Shown here piece by piece: positions 51,140 to 63,892 of a DNA stretch of 64,000 nucleotides. The stretch comes from Octopus sinensis (lineage: Eukaryota). The notes below the pieces were generated by a model that was not told where the DNA came from, did no database searches, and saw only the letters and a list, made by a program, of their open reading frames with translations. The position numbers were made by a program, and so were the translations under genes. Within the stretch, counting starts at the first letter, position 1. Each line of letters begins with the position of its first letter. The stretch spans positions 29,264,001-29,328,000 of the forward strand of contig NC_043010.1 in the NCBI RefSeq assembly GCF_006345805.1. Reading direction: 5' to 3'.

Positions 51140-51177
51140 ATCTTTCTTTCTTTTCTTTTTTTTTATGTAATTTTCAG
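51140..51177 (+). promoter_or_regulatory. 3' splice site of the 11-finger ZNF coding exon (exon starts 51178)
   Basis: Long polypyrimidine tract ending TTTTCAG|AT, about 630 nt upstream of the ATG. Confidence 0.65.
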
Positions 51178-51806
51178 ATTTATAGCTGGTCTTGTTTAAG
51201 TGCAGTGATAACTACATGGTTGAGGTAGCATTTACCAACTGTTCATATTCGACTGCAGAAAAATCCCTGCTCTCACCCGAAACCTTAAAAAACTGGATGT
51301 AAACCCAACACAGAAAATAAAAATAAATGAAAAACCAAAATTAAACAGAAAAGGATTATTTGAAACAATATCTAAATTGCAATGGATATTTTTCCTATAC
51401 AGAGAAATCTTTGTTTTTATAACACCTTCATTTCAAACTGGAACTGAACCTTTTTTAGCAAAATTTTCTACTCCACACAATTTCTTTTGTGAAAAATGTT
51501 AATGGCTGTTTAATCTTTGGATTCCATAATATGTCAGGAAGTTGAATTGAGAGAATACGAAAACAAAGTGGTGAAAAAGCTAAGGAGAAAAAAAAAATAC
51601 CCCTTCCTTTTAAATGTCAACTATTGGAAGCTTCTAATGATGCTTTCCTTAATAGTTATAAATCATGTGGCACATCTATATATGAGTGTTTAATATCTTT
51701 GAATAGAGGAATATTTGTTTGAAGGAGGTTTATAATATGATATTCGTAAAAAAGTAACATCACAAAGTGATTTGAGAAATTAAGCCTTCATTTATCATTA
51801 TAAATA

Positions 51807-53414
51807 ATGTCACACTTGGGTGGGAAAACCATGCATATGTCTTCAAAACCTTTCGTTCCTCAGGGGTCAGAGTTTCAGACCCAATCAAATATGGCAGAAG
51901 TTCGAGAATATATCTTCCAAGACAGTAGTTATCCTGGTACTCAGTTTGTTCAACCTTGTTATCAACCAGCTGAACTAAGGCCCAATATAGTGCAGGCTGC
52001 AGTTAATGAACAGCCTACACCTGAGAACAAGAGCTCAACCATTAATTTTGACAATTCTTCCCATGAAGGCTGTGCTTGTTGCCAAAAGACATGTCAGTGC
52101 CCTAGCTGTACTGATGGTGGAAACGGTAATGGAAGTGGTGTTGGCACTAGCAATAGCAGCAATATAGGAGAACATAACATTTGCAATGTTAGTGAACAAC
52201 CTGTCACCAATATGCCAATTCAGACGACTGGAAATGGAAAAAAGCAGCTATTTTGTGAATTTTGTGGAAAGAAATTTGTCCAAGAATATGTCCTGAAGGT
52301 CCACAGGCGTAAACATACTGGGGAAAAGCCATATGAATGTGAAATCTGCTCCAAGAAATTTGCCAGAAATGATACCCTACGCAAACACAAGAGAATTCAT
52401 ACTGGACAGCCAAACGGCAGCGTTTCTAATGTTGGTATCTCTCCTAGTTTGAGTTTAATGATTGCGCAAGGTGTTGTTGCCCAGGAAAATGGTGTAACCA
52501 ATCCTGGGAACCCAGGCACTATGATGTCTTCTGTTTCTAATTCTCAGACGTCTCAGAGAAACAGTCAGAAATCATATACCTGTGACATTTGCTTGAAACC
52601 GTTTGCTCAGCGCCATTATTTACAGATCCATAAACGAACCCATACAGGTGAGCGCCCTTTTCACTGTCAGGTTTGTGAGCGAAGTTTCACCCGTAGAGAC
52701 ACACTGATTATTCATCAGCGGACTCACACTGGCGTGAAACCATTTCATTGTGAAATCTGCATGCAACAATTTGCACACAAACACAACCTCCAGATACACA
52801 AACGGAAACATACCGGGGAGAAACTGTTTCAATGTGACATCTGCGCTGAACTGTTCACACGCCGTGATTATTTACAAATTCATCGGCGGACTCATACAGG
52901 AGAGAAACCCTTCCAGTGTGATCTCTGTATCCAGAAGTTTGCCCGTCGCACCACATTGGAAATTCACAGACGAACACACACAGGGGAGAAGCCATTCCAC
53001 TGTGAGTTCTGTGGGAAACAATTTGCCAATCGAGACAAGCTTCGCATACACCAGAGAACACATGTACGCAAGAAGCCACACCAGTGCACTATATGTCTAA
53101 AGAAGTTTGCACGGAGAGATACACTTGAAATTCACAGCCGGAGACACTCTGGCCTCAAGCCATTCCATTGTGACATTTGTCTGAAGAAATTTGCACAGAA
53201 AGATTACCTTCAGATTCATAAGAACACTGTGCACTCGGGACAGAAACCTTTCCAATGTGACCTCTGCACACAGAAGTTCTCCCGCCGTGATTCTCTGCAG
53301 CGGCACAAGAAAACACACTATAAACAGGTTGATGAAGTGCAGAAGGCCACATCTAGCATCACAAATAACAATGTGGAAGAGGTGCAGCCACTGAATAAAT
53401 ACTTATGGTTGTAA
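51807..53414 (+). CDS. C2H2 zinc-finger protein, 535 aa, 11 fingers (2 + 9 array), single coding exon
   Basis: Uninterrupted ORF with 11 CxxC-x12-Hx3-4H units and TGEKPY/F-type linkers, plus an N-terminal CACCQKTCQCPSC cluster. Confidence 0.95.
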   Translation: MSHLGGKTMHMSSKPFVPQGSEFQTQSNMAEVREYIFQDSSYPGTQFVQPCYQPAELRPNIVQAAVNEQPTPENKSSTINFDNSSHEGCACCQKTCQCPSCTDGGNGNGSGVGTSNSSNIGEHNICNVSEQPVTNMPIQTTGNGKKQLFCEFCGKKFVQEYVLKVHRRKHTGEKPYECEICSKKFARNDTLRKHKRIHTGQPNGSVSNVGISPSLSLMIAQGVVAQENGVTNPGNPGTMMSSVSNSQTSQRNSQKSYTCDICLKPFAQRHYLQIHKRTHTGERPFHCQVCERSFTRRDTLIIHQRTHTGVKPFHCEICMQQFAHKHNLQIHKRKHTGEKLFQCDICAELFTRRDYLQIHRRTHTGEKPFQCDLCIQKFARRTTLEIHRRTHTGEKPFHCEFCGKQFANRDKLRIHQRTHVRKKPHQCTICLKKFARRDTLEIHSRRHSGLKPFHCDICLKKFAQKDYLQIHKNTVHSGQKPFQCDLCTQKFSRRDSLQRHKKTHYKQVDEVQKATSSITNNNVEEVQPLNKYLWL

Positions 53415-53499
53415 ATTCAAAAATCAACTCAAGATGCAGCCAGTAATGCATTTATCAGGTAATTATCATCATCATCATCATTATCATCATTAACCTCAA

Positions 53500-54015
53500 A
53501 GGCTCAACTTTACTTTTCATTCTTCTAGGGTCAATAAAGTACCAGTTAAGTAGGGAGCTCAATGGTATTGACTAACCCTTTCCTCAAATTATTATAGGGA
53601 TTGGCAAAATCGTTAGTGACAAAAAATACTTTGTTGTATTTGTTCCAGCTCTTTCATTCTGAGTTCAAATCCATCTAGCATCAACTTTACCTTTTATCCT
53701 TTCAGGGTCAATAAAATGAACCAATTGAGTACTAGGGTTGATGGTATTGAATAACCTCTTCCCTCCCAATTTGCTGGCTTTGTGCCTAAATTAGAAATCA
53801 TTATTACTTTATGCAATAAGGCAGCAAGCTACCAGAAGCATTAGCACATTTGCAGCATTCTTCTGGATCTTTACATTTGGAGTTTAAATTCTGTTGCTTT
53901 TGACTTTTCACTCCATCCTTTCGGATTGATAAAATCAATACCAGTTGAGCATTGGGGTTGATGAAATTGATTAACTCCACCCACTAAAATTACTGGTCAC
54001 CTGCCAAAATTTTAA
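53500..54015 (+). mobile_element. Three tandem decayed family B SINE copies in the probable 3'UTR
   Basis: The core (ctttt(c)atcct..ggggtcaataaa..accagtt) recurs at about 53510, 53690 and 53910. Confidence 0.65.
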
Positions 54016-55835
54016 ACCCATTTCTATTTTATGCAATTAAATCTACATTGTACATATATGTGTAAGTTTGAGTGTGTGTGTGTGTGGTGTGGAGTGTATG
54101 TCCTACTTCAACCATGTACAACAGTTGACAGTGTAACATCAGAAAATGTTATTTATTTAAATACACATATTTAATAAGAACATACATAATACGTGTGTGT
54201 GTGTGTAAATATGAATGAAAATGTTGATGTGAACAAATCATTAATATGGTTCTTGTTATTTTGAAATCTAGGTTTTCTTTGATCATGAGGATGTTGGCTG
54301 CCATGACAACAGATGAGACTTCTTCACTATTTGCAATAACCTACTTAATTCTACCAGATAATCCGTTATTGTATTCCTATCAGAAGACCTTGTTATGCAC
54401 TGTTAACAACTATACCAAGAATAAGTCTCTTTTATAGACATGTTATGTATTAACAACTGTCATAACAACTCTACCAATGGGCTTTACCTTAGCAACTCCA
54501 CCAGAAATACTCTGATATAGCAGCAGCTTTGGCTCTAAAATACCAAGAACCTAGTAATTCTGCCAAAAATACATTATTCTGCCAAATCTACTGAAGCAAC
54601 ATTACTAGTTAATTAAAAAATTAGGGGTGTGATTCCCCTGACCTGTCCACAACCATTAAGATTGCCTCATTCATCACTATTGGTATAATTAATTACAATT
54701 TCTTGGATCATTGCATCAGATTTGTTAACGCTCATGTTACTACCAAAAATATGGTCATTGGGAACTCAAATGAAAAGATATTAATGAAATTTATGTCAAA
54801 GCGACTTTTTGGGGGTTGACTAACAAAAATCAAAAAAGGAAAAAGTTAAAAAAAAACAAAAACAAAATTTTATCATAGCAGTTTTGTGAATAAAGATGAT
54901 GTCTGGTACAATCTACAGAAACCACTCACTGTAATGAAAGTTCTATCCAGAAACAGTTCTGCCATATGGACCACAAAGAATCAACCACAATAATTCAACC
55001 AAAACTAACAAACTACAAATACTCTAACCTTAGGAATTATGTCCAGAACTAATTTGTTATTACAGCAGCAGTATTCAAAACACTTTCCTGTAGCAAAAAA
55101 AAAAAAAATGGCAGTGAATAATTACAATTTTACCAAAGTTTTCCTGCACAGGCTTCCTGACAACCCCTACAGTACCGAAGCTATCCTGCTGCTGTGTGAT
55201 TTACAACAAGCTTTTCTATAATATACTCTCGAGGGCTCCCATACTTTTGTTACAGAGGTGAGTGTTAAGAAGCTATTTAATGCAAGCAAATGAACAGTTA
55301 ATTATGTATATTTGTTTCTGAGGTAAGGAATTGAAAGATAATGGTGATACGTTGTATTTGTACCTTTTAGTATTTCAGGGACCATTAACATTTGCTTTCC
55401 CTACATCATCACTATGGCAACCAGAAGCATATGTGGAGAAGGTGGTTATATTATCTGTTAATCTGTTTTTGTTAGTGTATTTTTTTTCAAAGATCTGACT
55501 GAATTAAAACAAACAACTCCCAACTTCATTATTGAGATATTTAATTAGTCAATATTCAAGGCAGCTTCGAAGTATATATATATATATATATATGTGCGCA
55601 TACATATATATGTGTGTATATATATATATATATATACACAAACACACATACATGTATATATATATATATACTATACATGTATGTGTGTGTGTATATATAT
55701 ATATATATATTATACATGTATGTGTATATACATATATAGATAGATATATATATACACATACATGAATAGTATATATATATATATTTATATTTGTATATAT
55801 ACACACATGCATGCACACACACACACACATATACA

Positions 55836-56230
55836 CAAGGTGCAGGGATGGCCATGTAGTTTAGAAGCTTGCTTCCCAAATATGTGATTTCAGGTTCAGT
55901 CCCACTGCTCTCACCTTGGGCAAATGTCTTTTTCTGTAACCCCAGGCCATCTTGTGAGTAAATTTGGTAGACAAACTGAAAGAAGCCTATATATGTATGT
56001 GTGTGTGTGTGTGTGTCCTCCATAGTCTTGACATAGTGTGATAGTCAAAAGTAAATGTAGTTTATTTCCAATATTTCATAAAAAAACATGTCTAGGCATG
56101 GGGAAGTATTACTTTGCTTGGAAACAGGTGAGGGTTGGTGACAGGAAGGGCATCCAGCCATAGAAAATGTGCTCAGTGAATTCCATCTGACCCATCCATG
56201 CATAGAAACGTTCACATTAAAATGATGAGG
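55836..56230 (+). mobile_element. Diverged SINE, family A type
   Basis: ggtgcagggatggcc..ggttcagtcccactg..ccttgggcaa..aaactgaaagaagcc. Confidence 0.7.
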
Positions 56231-57394
56231 GTACCAAAGCAACCTTTTCTTTCATTAATAACAATAAATTAATAACATTAAATTACGAAATAGTTATTAT
56301 AACGAAAGCCAATAATTCTGATGAACCTGAATAAATTCAAAATATCTATTTTAAAGGCATCCAGTGGTCACAAGTAGAAGAATCCCTATGTATTCATGCT
56401 AATTTCATAGATTTCTTCTTGGATTCAAATTAGGAGAGAAAAGAAAAGCTATCTGGAAATAATATATACTTTTTTAAAGTTCTAGTTTAACACTATGTTT
56501 TGTTGAGAACATATATATATATATATAATGTACTGCAAGTACTTATACAGTCTTTGGATGTGCAGAGTGCTTATTAATTAATGATTCATTAATTGGTTGA
56601 TTAATGAGGTGTACATTTGGCACTCTAGTTGAGCTCTCTGTTAACCAAATATTCATAATAAGCATGCGTGCTATTGAGGTGATAGCCTGGATTGGACAAA
56701 TCCTTACTATTTTACCATGCTGGTATGGGTTGGACATCACAGTCCAAGTCAGTTCTAGATCAGTGTTATTGCTTTCTTAGATGGGTTGGTAACCACAATT
56801 TGTCATATATCTAAAATTCTTACTGAAGCATATATATATTGTTTATTAAAAATGAACTATATATATATAGTCCCATGAAACTATATATTATGAAATGAAA
56901 CTGCATAGATATGTGTGTGTGTGTATGTGGTCCTTGCGAACCCTACAAGGACATTTAGAGGTAGAACTATATATTTTGGTAAGAAGTGTATATTTCCTAC
57001 CAGAAGTTGGTTCTACTTGAAAGACCCATGTCATTTAGACATATCTACAGAGGACTCTTCATGTAGAATAGTGCTCACAGAACCTTAATGAACAAACCTG
57101 TGTCATTTAGAGGTAACCCCAGTGAATCCTGCTAGAATAGACGTATGTTATTTGGGGGTAGTCCTTGTTAACTCTTCTTGAACTGACCCATTGGAAGTCA
57201 GCAATTATATTCTGACGACATGATGAAGTTCAGCTATGATCAACACACTCACACACTTATGTATGTATCTCTACATGTATACGTATACACTTAAAAGACA
57301 TGCACATACACACACACTCATACACTCACAAAACACAATGTAACTATTCCTCAACCAAATACAAGAAATAAAATAGTCTCCCTAGTATATTTAA

Positions 57395-58560
57395 TCATCA
57401 TCATCATCATTTAATGTCCCCATTCCATGCTGGCATAGGTTTGACACTTTGACAAGATCTGATGTGTCAAAGGATAGCATCATGCTCCAGTGTCTGTTTT
57501 GGCTTAGTTTCTGTCACTAGATGCCCTTCCTAATGCCAACCATTTTACAAGACTGGGGTCCTTTTTCATGCCAGCTGTACTATTGAGGCTGCTACACAAT
57601 TTGCAGAATTACAAAGCCAGGGGAATGGGACCAGCTTCATGCTAGGGAACAAGATAATTGAACTATGAGAAGTAGGGGTGGTGGCAGTGCAGGTTCTTGT
57701 AGAGGATCTGCGTGGCTTGTCACTTCTTGTAGGGGAAGTGGAAGCTGCAAGATAGAGAGAGAGATAATAGCGATGAGGTGCGTAGATGGTCCAAAAGGCT
57801 AAAGGTGTATTGAAGAATTGGTTTGCGAGATTGTATGAGAAGGAAAGACTGCCAAACTGGGTAGGGTTGAAGGGTGGATGAGCAAGGAGCCATGGGTTGG
57901 AGCAGATGGATGGATGCAGAAGAGGAGTGTGAACTGCAAGGGTAGATGTTATAGTTGTCATGGTGAGGAGGACAAGAGGGAAGGATGACATGGTTGGGTA
58001 GTCTGTAGGTTCCTGGGGATGAAGAACAGGTGAGCCTAATGCATGGGATGTGAGGGAATGAGTCACAGTAATGTAGTTGGAGAGCACAATACTTTCAGAA
58101 CTCAGTTTTGCTGACTAGGACAGGTCTTTTCAAGAACCTCATATTGTCAGAGATCCTGGTCCTTTGTCATCTCCATCAGGCTCAGATTCCTGAGGTCAAC
58201 CATAACCACTTCATCCTATGTCTTCTTGGGTCTCTCTCATCTGCAAGTTTTGACCACATTTAGTGATTGGCATTTCTTTATGTAGCTGTCATTATCCTCA
58301 TCCATCATTTGCTCACATCAGCACCGTCTTTGTTGTATACATCTGATTCCTCTTTTACCCAGTTTTTCACTCAGCACCTTTGTACTTATTCTTTCTTGCA
58401 CATTCACATTGCACATCCAACTAAGCATGTTCACTTCATTTCTTTCCAGTCTTCTTAAGTCCTCTGAATTAAAAGCCCATATGTCACTACCATGAAACAT
58501 TGCAGTTCTAATATAAGCATAGTACAGTCTGTCCTTCATCAGTTTCTCTTAGGGAAAAGG
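57395..58560 (-). pseudogene. Decayed RTE-type LINE 3' part; continues at 59930-60200 beyond the mariner
   Basis: (CAT)n tail; KDRLYYAYIRTAMFHGSDIWA..LRRLERNE; and GVYQGSVLSPFLF..LLYTEDLVL at 59950-60192. Confidence 0.75.
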
Positions 58561-58580
58561 CTATTATTGTCAGCAGTGGT

Positions 58581-59670
58581 ATGAGGGTGGTCTGATAAGT
58601 TCATAGACTGGCTGGCTATCAAGGAGTGATGTTAGAGCTGTGAAATCTTGCATTTCAACCCTTCTTATTAATAACTGCATTATTTCTTTCCAGGTAATCT
58701 GACATATGACTATTCAAAGAAGACTTCAAAAGTAGCTAGTAGTAACTTCTCTTGCAGAAAAAGGGTTTAGCCCCTCAGGGACATACATGCTAACGTGGTT
58801 GCTACCTTAGGGGATAACTCTGCAGCTTTATAAAAGGAGCTGCTGAATTTAGGAGGGGAAGGGTGAATCTTGAAGATGACCCAAGGTCTGGATATCCTGC
58901 AGCTGCTATTGCCAAGGAAAACATTTGTTGTGTTCACCACATGGTGATGGGCAATTGACTGTAAATCAAATAGCCAATGCTGTTAGCATATCCTATGAGA
59001 GAGTTGAGAATATTCGCACAGTGAATTTGGCATGATGAGGGTTTCTGCTCAGTGGATGCTGTCTTCTGACACCTGATCAAAAGTGCACCGGGCTGATCAC
59101 ATCATGGGAAAATCTGATATTGTTTGAAGAAGACCTAGTTGGTTTTCTTGAATGTTTCATAAACCAGGATGAATTTTGGGTTCATCATTTTGTGCCAGAG
59201 ACAAAGAGACAATCCATGTAGTGGAAACACTCTCCTCACCTACTCCGAAGAAGACCAAGGTCGATTGATCTACAGAGAAGGTAATGGCCTCAGTTTTTGA
59301 GATGCAAAAGGCATTGTGTTTATTGACTATCTTCAAAAGGGCCAATGAAGAGTACTATGCCAACTTGCTGAAGCATTTATATGCAAGGCTATCAAGATCA
59401 AACGCCCAGGAAAACTGACAAAAGGGGTGTTGTTCCCTCAAAACAATGCTCCAGCATACAAATCTTTGGTATCAATGGCTACTGTACTTGACTGTGGCTT
59501 TGGACTGGTTGATTACTCTCCCTATTCTCCTGATTTGACCCCATCTGACTATCATCTGTTCCCCAATATGAAACAACACTTGACTGGGAGCCAGTTTGCA
59601 GTGATGATGTCATATCTGCCGTTGATGACTTTCTGACGAACAGGATGAAAACTTCTTCATCAATGGGATC
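58581..59670 (+). pseudogene. Mariner transposon relic nested in the RTE remnant
   Basis: TA-TGAGGGTGGTCTGATAAGTT end; LEDDPRSG, QNNAPAY and YSPDLTPSDYHLFP motifs. Confidence 0.8.
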
Positions 59671-61219
59671 CATTGTAGCACTCTGGCCACTATACTTTCA
59701 GAGCAATCACCTCATTCGCTTATTACCTTTCCTAAGTAGCAAAAGCTATCAACTATTTCTAGTGAACTGTTTGGGCATTTCAGATACTCAGTTTTTCATA
59801 TGCTTGTATGAACTGCTCCAGTTCATCTACCACACCTGAAGCTTATATTTTCATATAGTCTGTCAGTAATTTGACTAGATCTCTTGTGTGTTAATAGCTT
59901 CTATCAAGTACAGTGTATGAAGTTTATTCTTACTTACTGAAACCTTAGTCTATGCTAAGTATATTTTAAGGCCTCTTAATTTCAGGTTTAGCTTCCATGT
60001 GTGGAGTTTCTTCTCTAATTCCCCTATGTATTCACTTATAAGAACTAGATCTTCAGTGTATAGGAGTTCCCATGAATAAAAATTGTTAAACTCCACTGTG
60101 ATAGCTTGTAGGACTATGATGAATAAGAAAGGACTGAGGACTGAACCTTGATAGACTCCAACTTCATCACTGAAGCCATTACCAACTCTCACTTTACTTG
60201 CTAGATGTCCTTCCTAATGCCAACCACTTTACAGTGAGTACTGGGTGTTTTTCTCATGCCACCACACTAGTGAGGTTGTCATGCAGCTCACAAGACTGAA
60301 ACCTGAGAAGAGGTGGTGGTGGCAAGGGGCAAATTTATGCTGGGAGAATAAGGCATAGAGAGGGATAAAGTATGAGAGAAAAGGGTCTGAGCAGAACAGG
60401 TTCCTTGCTGTAGAGGAGAAAAATAAAGTACTGGGGTCAGTTTAATCCACAAACTTCTCTCTTTTAAATTTCTGATCTTATATTTGTGTTAGAAAATTAT
60501 TAGAGCAGTAGATTCGCAGAACCATTGGTACATTATATAAAATGCCTTGTGGTGTTTACTTATGGGACTTGATATTCTGAGTTCAAATCTTACCAAACTT
60601 TTCCTTTTATCTTTTTGGTGTTAGCAAAACAACTGGTGTCAATTTAATCAACACCTATAAATTTCAAGCCTTATACCGATGTTAGAAATAATAATTATTA
60701 TTAATAAGTATGATAGAAATAGTAGAGCAATGGATAAAATGGCTGACATTATTTAGTTTTGGCTCTCTGTATTCTTTGTTCAATTTTGAGTTTGATTTCA
60801 CTCTTGCAGAGTTACTCAAATGTGCACCAATGGTTAATCTAGGCCTCTTACAATTGACTGTATTTCTTTCCACTTTCTACATGTACAAGTTTGCCAAATA
60901 TAAAAAAATCACTTCACCATATCATTTCATTATCATATCAACCCTGAGTAAGCAAGCATGAACATGTATTAAAAGACATTCCATCTGTGATCATCCAATC
61001 TTTTAGTCAGTATGTCTTGTGGTCTTTCCTGTTTTAAGATAGTAGATTGTGATGTGAGAGATATTTAGCTTCTATTTTTAGCTGGTTAAGTGGTAAACAT
61101 GTCGGGCTCTTGTTTGGTGATGGAGGAATAAACTGTTCAATTATTGTTGGGATAAATAACCCAGAGTATTTGACTCATTGCTTTACATCTGGGGCTCAGA
61201 TCATGCTCAGTTTTCTTTT

Positions 61220-61580
61220 AGTGTGGCTATGTGTAAGAAGCTTGTTTTCCCACCACATGCTTTTGGGTTCAGTCCTGGACAAGTGCCTTCTACTATGGTA
61301 AAGCCTTTGTGAGTGGATTTGGTAGATGGAAACTGAAATAAAACTGTCATATGTATATGTGTGTGTGTGTGTGTATTTATCTCCCCACCACCACCGCTTG
61401 ACAACTAGAGCTGGTTTATTTATATCCCTGTAACTTCAGCAAAAAGAGATTGATAGAATAAGTACCAGGCTTAAAAAGAGAGAAAATAAGCACTGGAGTC
61501 GATTCATTCAACTATAAGAGCTCTTTAAGGCCGTGCCCCAGTATTGCCGCAGTCTAATGACTGAAACAGATGAAAGGTAC
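61220..61580 (+). mobile_element. Diverged SINE, family A
   Basis: gtggctatgtgtaagaagcttg..gtggatttggtagatggaaactgaaa..gatagaataagtaccaggc..atgactgaaaca. Confidence 0.7.
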
Positions 61581-62016
61581 ATGGTAAAAGATCATGATGA
61601 TCACAAGGTCATGGTTTTCATTCCTGGACCAGATGATGCATTGAATCCTTGAGCAAATCACTAGAAATCTTACCAAAATGAACAATAGGAGTCTGGCCTG
61701 CTCCCCAGCTGACCAGCTCCGGTCAAACAATCCAACTCATGCCAGTATGGAAAGTGGACATTAAACAATGATGATGATGATTGTTATTTTGATTGTTTGT
61801 CCTTGTTTTCAGGTTAGTGGTTGTTTATGATTGAGATATAATTTTTTTAGAACACTTGTTTTTGATTTTTGATGGGTGTATTTTCTATTTTGACCAATGA
61901 AACATCCTTGTCTATAATTTCTGTTAATTCTATTCAAAGTTTTCTTTAATTATATCAACAACTTTGATGGGTGGAAATAGGTTATTTTCTTGTAGTTATG
62001 CAGCTATATTGTATTG

Positions 62017-62250
62017 GGTGGCGAGATGGCAGAATCGTTAGCACGCCAGGTTAAATGCTTAGCGGCATTTCGTCTGCCGCTACATTCTGAGTTCAAATTC
62101 CGCTGAGGTCAACTTTGCCTTTCATCCTTTCAGGGTCGATTGAATAAGTACCAGTTACACACTGGGGTCGATGTAATCGACTTAGTCCCTTAGTCTCTCA
62201 TTGTTTGTACCCTCTATGTTTAGCCCCTTGTGGGCAATAAAGAATTAAAA
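62017..62250 (+). mobile_element. Full-length family B SINE with long TSD
   Basis: atgcagctatattgtattgggtgg is repeated exactly at 61998-62021 and 62251-62274. Confidence 0.88.
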
Positions 62251-62264
62251 ATGCAGCTATATTG

Positions 62265-62490
62265 TATTGGGTGGTATCAATAAGTTCCTGGATTACTTGT
62301 GTTTAATAAAAAATAGATTATTTATCCAAGTTTTAACATCATCTCCTTCAAAATAGTCACTTTGCACAGCAGTACACCGATTGCAGTGTTCCTGCCACTT
62401 TTGGAATTTGGCCTGGAAGTCATTTTCCATAAGCGAGTCAAGGACCTTTTGGAATTTGCTCTGGAGATCAACAATGGTGTTAAAATGGCA
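62265..62490 (-). pseudogene. Mariner transposase C-terminal fragment
   Basis: FQKWQEHCNRCTAVQSDYFEGD. Confidence 0.7.
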
Positions 62491-62634
62491 ATGAGCATGC
62501 GTTGGACTGTACCCCATCTACTTCTCCCATGTGATGTCCTTCGATATTGTTTACAACCATTGACAAACTAATAATCCTGATAATGTACATACTCGCATAT
62601 CAACATACCTGTATCTCTCTCTATATATATGCAT

Positions 62635-63892
62635 GTCATCATCATCATCATCATCGTTTAACGTCCGCTTTCCGCGCTAGCACGGGTTGGACGGTTCGAC
62701 CGGGTCTGGGAAGCCAGGGGCCGCTCCAGGCTCCAGTCTGAATCTGGCAGAGTTTCTACGGCTGGATGCCCTTCCTAACGCCAACCACTCCGTGAGTGGA
62801 TTGGGTGCTTTTTACGTGCCACCTGCACAGGGGCCGGAGGGTCCGGCATCGTCACGATCGGTTCGAGCATTTTAACGTGTCAGCGGCACGGGGGCAACGA
62901 GGTCCGGGGTACTTTGGGGATCGGGGTACTTTGGGGATCCAGGTACTTTGGGGATCCGGGGTACTTAGAATGGGTAGGGGGTATGTGGAATTGCTGCAGA
63001 AAGCAGCCCGGGTCTTTGTAGTCACAGCATATCTCCAGAGATCTCGGTCCTTCGCCATTGCCTCAGTGAGGCCCAATGCTCTGAGGTCATGCTTGACCAC
63101 CTCATCCCATGTCTTCCTGGGTCTACCTCTCCCCCTGATACCTTCAACTGTTTGGGAGTGGCACTTCTTCACACATCTCTCTTCATCCATCCGCAGCACA
63201 TGACCATACCATCGCAAGCGTCGCTCTTGCACACCACATCTGATGCTTCTTATATCCAGCATTTCTCTCAGGATACTTACACTCTGTTTTGCGTGCACAC
63301 TGACACTACACATCCAGCGGATCATGCTAGCTTCATTTCTTTCAAGTCTACGCATGTCTTCTGCAGTCACAGCCCATGTTTCATTACCGTGAAGCATGGC
63401 AGTTCGCACACATGCATCATACAATCTACCTTTTGCTCTGAGGGAGAGACCTTTTGTTGCCAGTAGGGGTAGGAGCTTTCTGAACTTTGCCCAGGCTATT
63501 CGTATTCTAGTGGTGATACTCTCTGTGCATCCACCTCCGCTACTAACTTGGTCACCCAGATAGCGGAAACTATCAACTACTTCTAGTTTCTCTCCCTGGA
63601 GTGTGATGGAATCTGTTTTCTGAGTGTCTGTTGTGTCTATTGTCCCTGTGCATCTGCCGCACATGAAAGCTATCTTATCTGTTAATTTCCCTTTAATGTT
63701 GCTGCACCTCTTATGTGTCCATAACTTACATTGGGTGCATCTTATGGAGTTTCTACCTGTACCTTTCCTACAGGTTGAGCAGGGCCACCTACCCGAGGGG
63801 ATGTGTGCTGAGTACCTCTTGCTGCTTACTAATACTTTGGTCTTTGCTACATTTATTCTAAGGCCCTTTGATTCCAACCCTTGCTTCCACAC
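62635..63892 (-). mobile_element. 5'-truncated RTE-type LINE: post-RT region with PHD-like finger, 3'UTR and (ATG)n tail
   Basis: GLRINVAKTK, WPCSTC..CTQCKLWTHKRC..CGRC, FRYLG, RRLRWYGHV, GRGRPRKTW, DRDLWR; uninterrupted 346-codon frame. Confidence 0.9.

Noticed and set aside
57566-58087. 173-aa ORF
   Set aside because: Compositionally biased sequence inside an RTE remnant; no domain recognised.
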